Shown piece after piece: positions 29,436 through 38,159 of a DNA stretch of 64,000 nucleotides. Origin of the DNA: Candidatus Poribacteria bacterium. GTDB taxonomy: Bacteria; Poribacteria; WGA-4E; WGA-3G. Made by a program: the position numbers and the translations under genes. The stretch covers positions 2,400,001 to 2,464,000 of the forward strand of contig OZ242029.1 of the NCBI GenBank assembly GCA_965205015.1, written 5' to 3'. The notes below the pieces were generated by a model. The model worked only from the letters and a program-made list of their open reading frames with translations. It had not been told where the DNA came from and did no database searches. Every line of letters starts with the position of its first letter. The stretch's first letter is position 1.

Positions 29436-31490
29436 ATGAAAAATGCAATTGTTAATCGAAAAAGCCTGGTAGTGATTTTAGGTGTTGTGTTGATAGGCAT
29501 CGGCGCGCAGGGCATCAGTTATGGTCAGGCTACGGACGAATATCCCCCGTCATCACGTATTTCCCTACTCAGGGACGGAATTAAAGCAACCCTTGCATGG
29601 CAAGGAGGCGGAGTAATAGTTTATTCTACAAGAAACCAAAGGACTGATTCTGTCGATTCAGTCCGCAACTCTAAATGGCAGAGGCGAGAGGATTCAACGA
29701 GCCCTTGGGTTGATGTTCCTGATTCAGAAAAAGCGACCGGATTATACGGCTATGTAGTAACGCTTCCCGGTGAATATAGATGGGTTGGCGAGATTAAAGT
29801 GGAGGGTGTGTGGGGAAAATACAGCAGCAGGAATATTCTTCTGCTCGCGCCAGAAGGAACAGTGACGAGCATTCCAGCAGGAGCAGAGGATGTCCCGAGC
29901 GACCCACACAAGCTAGCAGTTGAGGGGCATACGGATTATGTCCTTGCCGTAGCGTTCTCTCCCGATGGTCGCACGTTAGCGAGTGGGAGTGCGGACCAGA
30001 CGATTCGGTTGTGGGACACGGACACTGGCGAACACAAGCTGACACTTGAGAGGCATAGGCATGGTGTCACTTGCGTAGCATTCTCCTCCGATGATCGCAC
30101 ATTGGCGAGTGGGAGTTGGGACGATACGATTCGGTTGTGGGATGTTCACACCGGCGAACACCTACAGATCCTTGAGGAGCATACGGATGGTGTCCGTTCC
30201 GTAGTGTTCTCTCCTGATGGTCGCATATTGGCGAGTGGGGGTTATGACAATATACTTCGGTTGTGGGATGTTCACACCGGTGAACACAAGCCGGCACTTG
30301 AAGGGCATACGGATTATATCCGTTCTGTGGTGTTTTCTCCCGATGGTCGCACGTTAGCGAGTGGGAGTTATGACCGGACGATTCGGTTGTGGGATGCTGA
30401 AACCGGACAACACAAATTGACACTTGAAGGGCATACGGATGGTGTCCTTACTGTAGCGTTCTCTCCCGATGGTCGCACGTTAGCGAGTGGGAGTTATGAC
30501 CGGACGATTCGGTTATGGGATGTGGAAACCGGGCAACACTTGGAGACCCTTGAAGGGCATACGAGTAATGTCCTGTCCGTAGTGTTCTCTCCTGATGGTC
30601 ACACGCTGGCGAGTGGGGGTGAGGACAATACATTTCTGTTGTATGACGATACGATTCGGTTGTGGGATGCGAAAACCGGGCAATATCTTGAGACGTTTAG
30701 AGGGCATACGGATGGTGTCGCTTCCGTGGCTTTCTCTCGGGATGGTCGCACGCTGGCGAGTGGGAGTTATGACAAGACGATTCAGCTCTGGGAACTGGTA
30801 CCCGCCATGCCCGCCGACGAACCAGCCCATCAGGTGTCGGAACCTACACCCGTCACGCCCACCGACGAACCAGTCCAACTCGCAGGCGATCTCAACGCCG
30901 ACGGTGTTGTTAATATCCAGGATCTCGTCCTCGTTGCGTCGCAGTTCGGGCAATCTGGGCAGAATACGGCGGACATCAATGAAGATGGTGTCGTCAACAT
31001 TCAAGATTTGGTCTTGGTGGCAGGGGCGTTCGATACGACTACGTCGGCACCCGCTGCACATCCACAACTCCTTGAGACGCTCCCTGCAAGAGAAGTCCAG
31101 AGGTGGTTGCTCGGCGCAAAGGAACTCGAACATAAAGATGCAACGATGGCAAAAGGAATCGTGGTGCTTAAAGACCTCTTAGCACTTCTGACCCCAGCAG
31201 AAACCGCCTTATTGCACAACTACCCGAACCCGTTCAACCCGGAGACGTGGATCCCCTACCAGTTAAAAACACCCGCAGCGGTTCGCATTGCTATTTACAA
31301 TCCGCGTGGCGTTCTGGTCCGTGAACTATCGCTCGGGTATCAGGCAGCGGGTCGGTATACTTCGCGCGCCCGTGCAGCGTATTGGGATGGCCGGAATACA
31401 GTCGGCGAACCGGTCGCCAGTGGTCTGTATTTTTACACACTTACCGCCGGGGATTTCTCAGCAACGCGGCGAATGGTGATTTTGAAGTAG
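29436..31490 (+). CDS. Exported WD40-repeat protein with dockerin-like repeat and FlgD-Ig/T9SS-CTD-like C-terminal domain
   Basis: Seven 'GH...V..V.FSPDGRTLASGS.D.TIRLWD' repeats; 'GDLNADGVVNIQDLVLV' twice; 'LLHNYPNPFNPETWIPYQL...YWDGRN..GE.VASGLYFY'. Confidence 0.9.
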   Translation: MKNAIVNRKSLVVILGVVLIGIGAQGISYGQATDEYPPSSRISLLRDGIKATLAWQGGGVIVYSTRNQRTDSVDSVRNSKWQRREDSTSPWVDVPDSEKATGLYGYVVTLPGEYRWVGEIKVEGVWGKYSSRNILLLAPEGTVTSIPAGAEDVPSDPHKLAVEGHTDYVLAVAFSPDGRTLASGSADQTIRLWDTDTGEHKLTLERHRHGVTCVAFSSDDRTLASGSWDDTIRLWDVHTGEHLQILEEHTDGVRSVVFSPDGRILASGGYDNILRLWDVHTGEHKPALEGHTDYIRSVVFSPDGRTLASGSYDRTIRLWDAETGQHKLTLEGHTDGVLTVAFSPDGRTLASGSYDRTIRLWDVETGQHLETLEGHTSNVLSVVFSPDGHTLASGGEDNTFLLYDDTIRLWDAKTGQYLETFRGHTDGVASVAFSRDGRTLASGSYDKTIQLWELVPAMPADEPAHQVSEPTPVTPTDEPVQLAGDLNADGVVNIQDLVLVASQFGQSGQNTADINEDGVVNIQDLVLVAGAFDTTTSAPAAHPQLLETLPAREVQRWLLGAKELEHKDATMAKGIVVLKDLLALLTPAETALLHNYPNPFNPETWIPYQLKTPAAVRIAIYNPRGVLVRELSLGYQAAGRYTSRARAAYWDGRNTVGEPVASGLYFYTLTAGDFSATRRMVILK
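29922..30795 (+). repeat. Intragenic 126-bp tandem repeats (WD40 blades)
   Basis: Units start at about 29922, 30048, 30174, 30300, 30426, 30552 and 30699 with high nucleotide similarity. Confidence 0.85.
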
Positions 31491-31496
31491 CGGCGT

Positions 31497-31641
31497 TAAC
31501 TGAAAACTAATTTTTACATTTTTTTCAGATTATGCACAGTTCGTATTCTAAAAATGTGTCTTTAATAATAGAAGAGGGTCTCTTGCTGAACACTTTTAGG
31601 TTGAACACACGTTTTTTAGACGAAAAAGGAGAGAAAAAATG
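31497..31641 (+). promoter_or_regulatory. Second copy of promoter/leader with putative ECF promoter (31533-31561)
   Basis: Near-identical to 28112-28256 in the promoter part. Confidence 0.75.
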
Positions 31642-32478
31642 AGACACCTGCACATCTTGATATGCCTCTTTATGCTCGTGCTATTGCCATTGCGTGCTCA
31701 TGCATTCCCACCTGCTTCACCCGCAGGGGGTAACTATTTAGTCCTTGACGGGGTGGACGACTACGCTGTTTTGGATTTTAAAACCCATGGTCTACTCTTT
31801 CCAAAAGACACGGACGAGTTTACCGTCGAAATGTGGGTATATCCAACCACACCGCCTGACAATAGTAATACATTCACAACGATTCTCAGCCAACAGGTGC
31901 GGATATGTATTGAGGAGGATACTGATGCGGGAGATTTAATCTTCAGGCTCCAAGCGCATCTTCCTATTGCGAAAGGGCAAGCTACGACTCCCTACGCACC
32001 GGCACCTTTTACCCTGAATCAATGGTATCACATCGCTTATCAGGCGGAAGGGAGGGAGACAGCAACCATCGTTAACGATTTCGTAGGCATCTTACCGCAA
32101 AGAACCAAACTCGCACACGATCTCTCAGGTTTCAAGCGTCCAAAGGATTTTACACTCGGAGGATTTGGAAAGAAAATTGAGTTTCATCCCGGTTACTTTT
32201 GGGGACCCTTTGCGGGATATATTGATGAGGTCCGTATCTCGAGCATTGCTCGTTACGATATCAATAAACGAGGTTTTACACCGCGCGGCACGTTCAAAAA
32301 AGATCGGCAGACACTCGCGTTGTGGCATTTTGATGAACCGGGTGGAAGACGGATATTTTCGGATGCATCGGGCAATTCACATGATCTGGTCGGCGAAGGT
32401 GGCGCGATGACCGGTATCCCACTTGCAGTCGAACCGCATGAAAAACTCACCACCACATGGGGACGGCTTAAGCAGTGA
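31639..32478 (+). CDS. Exported LamG-like (concanavalin A-like) protein with TWG-type tag
   Basis: 'LDGVDDY','FTVEMWVYP','WYHIA','F.GYIDEVRIS','LWHFDE'; ends AVEPHEKLTTTWGRLKQ. Confidence 0.85.
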   Translation: MRHLHILICLFMLVLLPLRAHAFPPASPAGGNYLVLDGVDDYAVLDFKTHGLLFPKDTDEFTVEMWVYPTTPPDNSNTFTTILSQQVRICIEEDTDAGDLIFRLQAHLPIAKGQATTPYAPAPFTLNQWYHIAYQAEGRETATIVNDFVGILPQRTKLAHDLSGFKRPKDFTLGGFGKKIEFHPGYFWGPFAGYIDEVRISSIARYDINKRGFTPRGTFKKDRQTLALWHFDEPGGRRIFSDASGNSHDLVGEGGAMTGIPLAVEPHEKLTTTWGRLKQ

Positions 32479-33539
32479 AATCTCTCAAAAAAGTTATCGT
32501 TATGGGCGTTGTTGTTTTCATTTTTTCGCTTGTGCAAATAGAGTCCTTTGCGGGTCAGGGTTGGGAAGTAATAACGCAGCTCCCCACGAAGAGATACGCC
32601 TTTTCTACCGCAGTTGTAGACGATAAAATTTATCTCATCGGTGGCAGCCTCTCTATAAACCGTGGGGGTCCCTTTGGGCTTTCAACCGTTGAGGCGTATG
32701 ATCCGCAAACCAACACATGGCAGAAAGTCGCAGATATGCCAATACCACGCAATTATCCTGAAGTCGCAGTTGTTAACGGACTCATCTACGTCTTTGGGGG
32801 ATCCAGCGCGAAAGACCGTAAAATTGTGAATATGAAATTGCCGGTTCGCGTAGAGGCGTACGATCCAGCGACGGATACATGGACCCGGAAAAAGGACATG
32901 CCCGTTTCTCGTATCAACTTCGAACTCAGTGTAGCTGCCGAAAAAGTCTATCTTATCGGCGGTTCAACGGGCTTCGGTGAGGGGCATGAACAACGGATGG
33001 ACCGCGTTGACATCTATGATCCTGCCACCGATATGTGGGCGAAGGGTCCAAAAATGCCGACGCGACGTGAGCCCAGAGGTGTGGAAGTGGTCAACGATCG
33101 TATTTATGTCATCGGTGGCTTTGGATGGCCACCGCCAGTTGCCGGTATCGGGCGGGTGCTACAGACCATTGAAGAATATGACCCAAGCAGCCGTCAATGG
33201 CGGAAGAAGAAGGATATGTTAGACGTTAGGCGTGGGTTCTCGACGGTTGTTGTTGAGGATGAGATCTATCTAATTGGGGGTATGGACGAATTTCGCCAAT
33301 TTTTAGCGGCGGCGAGTGTATATAATCCACAGAAAGAGACATGGCGCGAGGGTCCCAAACTGCCAACACCCATGTATCCTAATGGAGCAGCAACGATCAA
33401 CGGCAATATTTATGTCTTCGGAGGTTTTGAAGCAGGTAGAGATTCTTCAGACGTTCTGGTATATGACACCGGCTTTCGTGCCGTCACGGCGAGGGATAAA
33501 CTGTCCACAAGTTGGGGTGAACTGAAAAAATCCCAGTAA
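32475..33539 (+). CDS. Exported Kelch-repeat protein with TWG-type tag (paralog of 28254-29342)
   Basis: Kelch repeats; ends RAVTARDKLSTSWGELKKSQ; GTGA overlap with the upstream gene. Confidence 0.9.
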   Translation: MKSLKKVIVMGVVVFIFSLVQIESFAGQGWEVITQLPTKRYAFSTAVVDDKIYLIGGSLSINRGGPFGLSTVEAYDPQTNTWQKVADMPIPRNYPEVAVVNGLIYVFGGSSAKDRKIVNMKLPVRVEAYDPATDTWTRKKDMPVSRINFELSVAAEKVYLIGGSTGFGEGHEQRMDRVDIYDPATDMWAKGPKMPTRREPRGVEVVNDRIYVIGGFGWPPPVAGIGRVLQTIEEYDPSSRQWRKKKDMLDVRRGFSTVVVEDEIYLIGGMDEFRQFLAAASVYNPQKETWREGPKLPTPMYPNGAATINGNIYVFGGFEAGRDSSDVLVYDTGFRAVTARDKLSTSWGELKKSQ

Positions 33540-33816
33540 ACTATGTAATTATCGCAAAGTTTGGAAATATGGGAACACTTCAGGATAGGTTGATACCCCT
33601 GTCCTCCGCCGGCTGGGGCTCGTACCTATCCAGTTTATGAAAAAAAAAGAAATGTGATATACTGTTTCAGGTCAAGGAAAACATTATGCAGTAAATTATT
33701 TGTTTTCTTTTCTCACCTACCTCAGTGTGTTGATTCAATTGTTTGTGGGATAACTGATAACTTATGATGGAGATGTGGGGATAACCAAATCTGTTCGTGC
33801 ACCGTGGAGGATCCTG

Positions 33817-35784
33817 ATGGTGGAAAACGATGTTCAACTGATCCGTAGAATTTTGTCGGACGATGACGAGGCATTTAGTATCTTGGTCCAAAAGTACCAA
33901 AAGAGTGTTCATGCCCTTGTGTGGCGGAAAGTTAACGACTTTCACTATGCCGAGGAAATTACGCAAGATACCTTCTTCCAAGCATACAAAAAACTCTCGA
34001 CGCTCAAAAATCCCAACCAATTTGCCGGGTGGCTTTATGTCATTGCGAATCGACTTTGCATTAATTGGCTCCAACGCCACAAACCTGCGATGCAATCGCT
34101 GGAGGACACGCCTGTGGAAGAAATAGAAGAATCCGCTTATAACCATTATGCCGCGGAACAGCGCGAAGTCGAAGGCACCGAATATCGTTATGAAATCGCC
34201 CAAAGGCTGCTGTCCAAGCTCCCAGAGAGCGAACGCACAGTCATGACCCTCTACTACCTCGGGGAAATGACGGCGAAGGAGATTAGCAAATTTTTAGGCG
34301 TCTCAGTAAACACAATTACGAGTCGGCTGCGGCGGGCACGGGAACGCTTGCGGAAGGACCAAGAGCTCTTGGTTCAGGAAACCCTCGGCGGTGTGCAATT
34401 ATCCGCCAACCTCACCGAGAACATCATGCGACAGATCGCCGACGTAAAACCGACGCCGCCACCGGTTGCAAAGCCGCTCCTTCCATGGGGTGCTTTTGGT
34501 ATTGCGACGCTTCTGGTTGTCTTGCTGTTAGGTGCCACCGGTCAATACCTCGTCCGCTTTCAGAGACCCTATAGTTTCGAGGCAGCCTCCGAACCGACGG
34601 TTGAAATTATTGACACTTTTATCGTTCTTGATGTCGATTCAGAACCCGATGTACGGAACCAGATCGGACGAGCGACTTCCGCCGATAAAAACATCGGGAC
34701 AGGACGACAGACTTCTGAGACACCCTTGGTATCCGATACACAGGGAAATTCTCTCAGGTTTTCTGCGGCGCAGTGGGCGCGAAAAGCGGACATGCCAACC
34801 GCCCGGTCTGACTTTTCTACGTGTGTTGTAGATGGAAAGATATTCGTAATAGGGGGCAGTGCACGGCTCACAATACATGAAAGCGGAGACATGTCGCTTT
34901 CAACCGTAGAAATGTACGACCCTGAAACCGATACATGGGAAGAAAAGGCGAATATGCCAACAGTTCGGTCTGGTGTATCTGTATCAGTTGTGGATGGTAA
35001 AATCTACGCCATTGGCGGCTCAGAACAAAAGAAAATTACAGTAAAGATAGATGAGGTTACCCGCGGTTCCAGGATCGAGTCTAAAGAACTTCCAACTGTA
35101 GAAATGTATGATCCGGCTACGGACACATGGACCCAGAAAGCGGACATGCCGACCCCAAGGAAGACGAAGACCTGCGTTGTAGACGGCAAAATCTATGCCG
35201 TTGGTGGGTGGTTAACGGCTCATGAACAGTCGCAGTTAGAAACTGTGGAGATCTATGATCCAGCGGCGGACACATGGACAAAAGCCCAAAGTATGAACCA
35301 TGCGCGTTGCTCTGCAGCAATTAGTGTTGTGAACGGAGAAATCTATGCTATGGGCGGGCTAGGTTGGCCCCCGAATCGGGACCCGTCAGGTCAGTATCTG
35401 TCAAGTCTATATCTTTCCAGTGTTGAGGTGTTCAATCCAAAGACGAATCAATGGCACGAAAGAACAGAGATGTCTGTCCCGAAAGCGGATCACTCGACAA
35501 GCGCAATTGATGGCAAAATCTATGTCATGGGGGGTTACTTGCGGAAAGGTAAGGAATATAAAACCTTCTCAACAATTGAAATCTACGATCCCGCAATCGA
35601 TCGTTGGACCCAAGCGCCGGACATGCTGATTGGAAAATCGGGACATGCCACTGAGGTGATAGATGGGCAAATCTATATTTTTGGGGGAGGACCGCCTACG
35701 AGTGTCGAAGTTTACGATCCAAGAGCGGCTTCCGAGCGTGTCAATTCAGTAGGAAATTTTATGAAAACGGCGCGAACCCAGTAA
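33817..35784 (+). CDS. ECF sigma factor - TM helix - Kelch propeller fusion
   Basis: Sigma2/sigma4 paralogous to 21780-23852, TM 'LLPWGAFGIATLLVVLLLG', then about six Kelch repeats; GGAGG precedes the ATG at 33817. Confidence 0.9.
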   Translation: MVENDVQLIRRILSDDDEAFSILVQKYQKSVHALVWRKVNDFHYAEEITQDTFFQAYKKLSTLKNPNQFAGWLYVIANRLCINWLQRHKPAMQSLEDTPVEEIEESAYNHYAAEQREVEGTEYRYEIAQRLLSKLPESERTVMTLYYLGEMTAKEISKFLGVSVNTITSRLRRARERLRKDQELLVQETLGGVQLSANLTENIMRQIADVKPTPPPVAKPLLPWGAFGIATLLVVLLLGATGQYLVRFQRPYSFEAASEPTVEIIDTFIVLDVDSEPDVRNQIGRATSADKNIGTGRQTSETPLVSDTQGNSLRFSAAQWARKADMPTARSDFSTCVVDGKIFVIGGSARLTIHESGDMSLSTVEMYDPETDTWEEKANMPTVRSGVSVSVVDGKIYAIGGSEQKKITVKIDEVTRGSRIESKELPTVEMYDPATDTWTQKADMPTPRKTKTCVVDGKIYAVGGWLTAHEQSQLETVEIYDPAADTWTKAQSMNHARCSAAISVVNGEIYAMGGLGWPPNRDPSGQYLSSLYLSSVEVFNPKTNQWHERTEMSVPKADHSTSAIDGKIYVMGGYLRKGKEYKTFSTIEIYDPAIDRWTQAPDMLIGKSGHATEVIDGQIYIFGGGPPTSVEVYDPRAASERVNSVGNFMKTARTQ

Positions 35785-35906
35785 AATAGGATTTGCGCAT
35801 TTCCCTTTAAATAAAGTCCCCTGATAAGAGGATTAGGGGTTCCTATTGACAACTGACCGCTATTTTCCAACCTCGCCTTTTTCTCAGCAATCCCCAGTTC
35901 ATTGAA

Positions 35907-36025
35907 TTATAGTAAAGTTTAGAATTAATTAGACACTTTAAAGAGGCGAGGATACAATCCTCGCCAGCGGCGGAGAGGATTGTTTCGCTAAGCAACTGTC
36001 TACATATTTTTCGACTTTACTATAA
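35907..36025. mobile_element. 119-bp MITE-like element, copy 1
   Basis: Imperfect terminal inverted repeats ttatagtaaagt...actttactataa; internal ggcgagga...tcctcgcc hairpin; identical copy at 52297-52415. Confidence 0.8.
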
Positions 36026-36056
36026 AATTCAAATTTCTACCACCTTTTTCAAATTA

Positions 36057-36084
36057 GGCAAGTTTTCCCCGAAAAATTGTGTCT
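36057..36084 (+). promoter_or_regulatory. Putative ECF-sigma promoter
   Basis: GGCAAG-17nt-TGTCT upstream of ABC permease 1. Confidence 0.5.
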
Positions 36085-36357
36085 TTGGTAATTGAAAGAT
36101 ATCGTGTATGATATTCAGGTGGGTTTACGCTTTGAATGCTACGTGTTACAATTTGAGCGGAAGCACGTAAACAACGCCTCCCTGAAGACCTTGCAGTGAT
36201 GTTACGAGTATAGATGACACCAAGAGCATTTTCAGAGAGCAGGATGGATGGCTACTGGATCCGCTTGGGAACCTTTCAAACACGGCGGTGTGTTAGTGGA
36301 CAGAGAATCGGACGGAAATGGGCACGCTATATCAATCAATTTAACGGAGAGACTTTC

Positions 36358-37800
36358 ATGTTAATAACCTTGATTCAGAAAGAGGCGATGCATCATATCC
36401 TGAGCGCACGATTTGTCGCGCTGCTGTTGATGTGTGTTCTGCTCATCCCGCTCAACTTCCATATCAATTACCGCCGTTATCTCCAACGCCAAGTTGACTA
36501 TCAAGAAACCGTTGAGAAGGAAAACAACAAGGACCTGGCAGAGCAACCTTGGAAACAGAGGAAGACGACAGACCCGAATCTTGAGGTTTCCAAACTGATA
36601 CTTAAGCCGACACCCTTAAGTGTATTTGCGACCGGTTTAGAATCTGCTCTTCCGAATTCCCTCGGTATGACACGCAATGGGATAAAGCGGGGCGAAGCGG
36701 CACTGTCTACCGCACCGATCGCCTTCCTTTTAGGGCATCTCGACTTTGTGTTTGTCGTCAGCACTGTCTTTAGTCTGCTTGCACTCCTGTTTACGTTTGA
36801 TGCAGTCGCGGGCGAAAGAGAAGCGGGAACACTTCGGATAACCCTTGCCAATGCGCTGCCTCGCGATATCTTCTTGTGGGGCAAACTTATCGGTGGATAC
36901 CTCGTCTTCATCCTCCCCTTCTTAACCTCCTTAATCATCGGCTTATTGGTGCTTGTCTGGCAGGGGTTCCCGTTGGCTGAACCCGACATCTTTCCGCGCG
37001 TCCTCTGTCTTGTCCTCGCCTCGTTGCTCTACATTGCGGTCTTTTTTGCGATCGGGGCGGTGATCTCGATCTATTTCGACAGTTCCAAGACCGCCCTCAT
37101 CGTTGCTTTTACCCTCTGGGTGTTCGCGGTCCTCATTTTACCCCGAGTTGGGTTTCTCGCTGCGCAAATCGTCGCGCCGACTTCAACAACAGCGGAGAGC
37201 GTCTATAGGGAAAAGGCAGCGAGACGTGCAGAAATGCGTCTCTCTCTCGAAACGAAAAGAGGCGAAATCATGGGTAGGATGATACAGGAATCTAATGCGA
37301 ATGCCCTACAGGGAGAGAAAACGACCGGCTTTTTTAGGTTAGATGAAGAATTTGTCGACAAAATGAATGAGGAGATGCGTCCTCTTGAGGAGGGAGCCCG
37401 GTTAAAATACAGAGACCTCGCGACGCAACTCGACAGGCGTTATCAACAGGAAAGGAAACATCAAGATGCAATCGGCATAAACTTTTCACGAATCACGCCT
37501 ACGGCTTCCTTCATCTTTCTGGCGACGGATGCCACACAAACCGGTCAGATGAAAAGAAACACCTACTTCCAAACGGGGACTCGTTACTATGAGACACTTG
37601 ATACGGAAATGTTCAGCAAAATGTCAGAGGCGGCTCTTATCCAAGAAGAAATTCCGGACCCGATGCCACCGCCGCTGCTCGCTGAGTTAAACTTAGCGGA
37701 GACACTCCAGCACGCCGCCTTGGACGCGCTGCTCCTCTGTTTTTTTGCAATTGCGCTAACAACCGTGGCGTTTCTGAAATTCTTTAGATTGGATATTTGA
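36358..37800 (+). CDS. ABC transporter permease subunit (ABC-2-like)
   Basis: 'FDAVAGEREAGTLR.TLAN.LPR...LWGKL.G' and multiple TM segments; GGAG before the ATG at 36358. Confidence 0.85.
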   Translation: MLITLIQKEAMHHILSARFVALLLMCVLLIPLNFHINYRRYLQRQVDYQETVEKENNKDLAEQPWKQRKTTDPNLEVSKLILKPTPLSVFATGLESALPNSLGMTRNGIKRGEAALSTAPIAFLLGHLDFVFVVSTVFSLLALLFTFDAVAGEREAGTLRITLANALPRDIFLWGKLIGGYLVFILPFLTSLIIGLLVLVWQGFPLAEPDIFPRVLCLVLASLLYIAVFFAIGAVISIYFDSSKTALIVAFTLWVFAVLILPRVGFLAAQIVAPTSTTAESVYREKAARRAEMRLSLETKRGEIMGRMIQESNANALQGEKTTGFFRLDEEFVDKMNEEMRPLEEGARLKYRDLATQLDRRYQQERKHQDAIGINFSRITPTASFIFLATDATQTGQMKRNTYFQTGTRYYETLDTEMFSKMSEAALIQEEIPDPMPPPLLAELNLAETLQHAALDALLLCFFAIALTTVAFLKFFRLDI

Positions 37801-38009
37801 GGAAGAAACGTTACAGGGACGGTTATTCAGTTTTCCATTAGGAACGATCTCTAAATCGCGAGTCCTTTGTCGTCGCGAGCGCCAGCTTGCGACGTATCCT
37901 ATAATCCCACAGCAATCTGAAAACTGAAGGGCACCCTTTTCTTGCCCACGCCCCATGAATTAGTCCCATCCTCCGCAAAATCTAATTTTTTTTATTTTTT
38001 TTCAAATTA

Positions 38010-38037
38010 TGCAAGTTTTCCGAGAAAAATTGTGTCT
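38010..38037 (+). promoter_or_regulatory. Putative ECF-sigma promoter
   Basis: TGCAAG-17nt-TGTCT upstream of ABC permease 2. Confidence 0.55.
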
Positions 38038-38159
38038 TTAATGACTGAAGGACATCTATACGGTGTTTATAGTAAAGTGGAAAAATATATTTGACCTTTT
38101 AGATAGCAGCCGCCCCGTCGGTCCCGCCCACAACGTCAAAGTAAATGGGAGATACGCTA

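Noticed and set aside
29922-30795. Possible CRISPR or DGR-like repeats
   Set aside because: These are in-frame 126-bp WD40 coding repeats; there is no reverse transcriptase and no obvious adenine-specific variation
36100-36357. Riboswitch in the long leader of ABC permease 1, or an N-terminal extension from 36214
   Set aside because: No riboswitch consensus recognised; the paralog and RBS support the start at 36358
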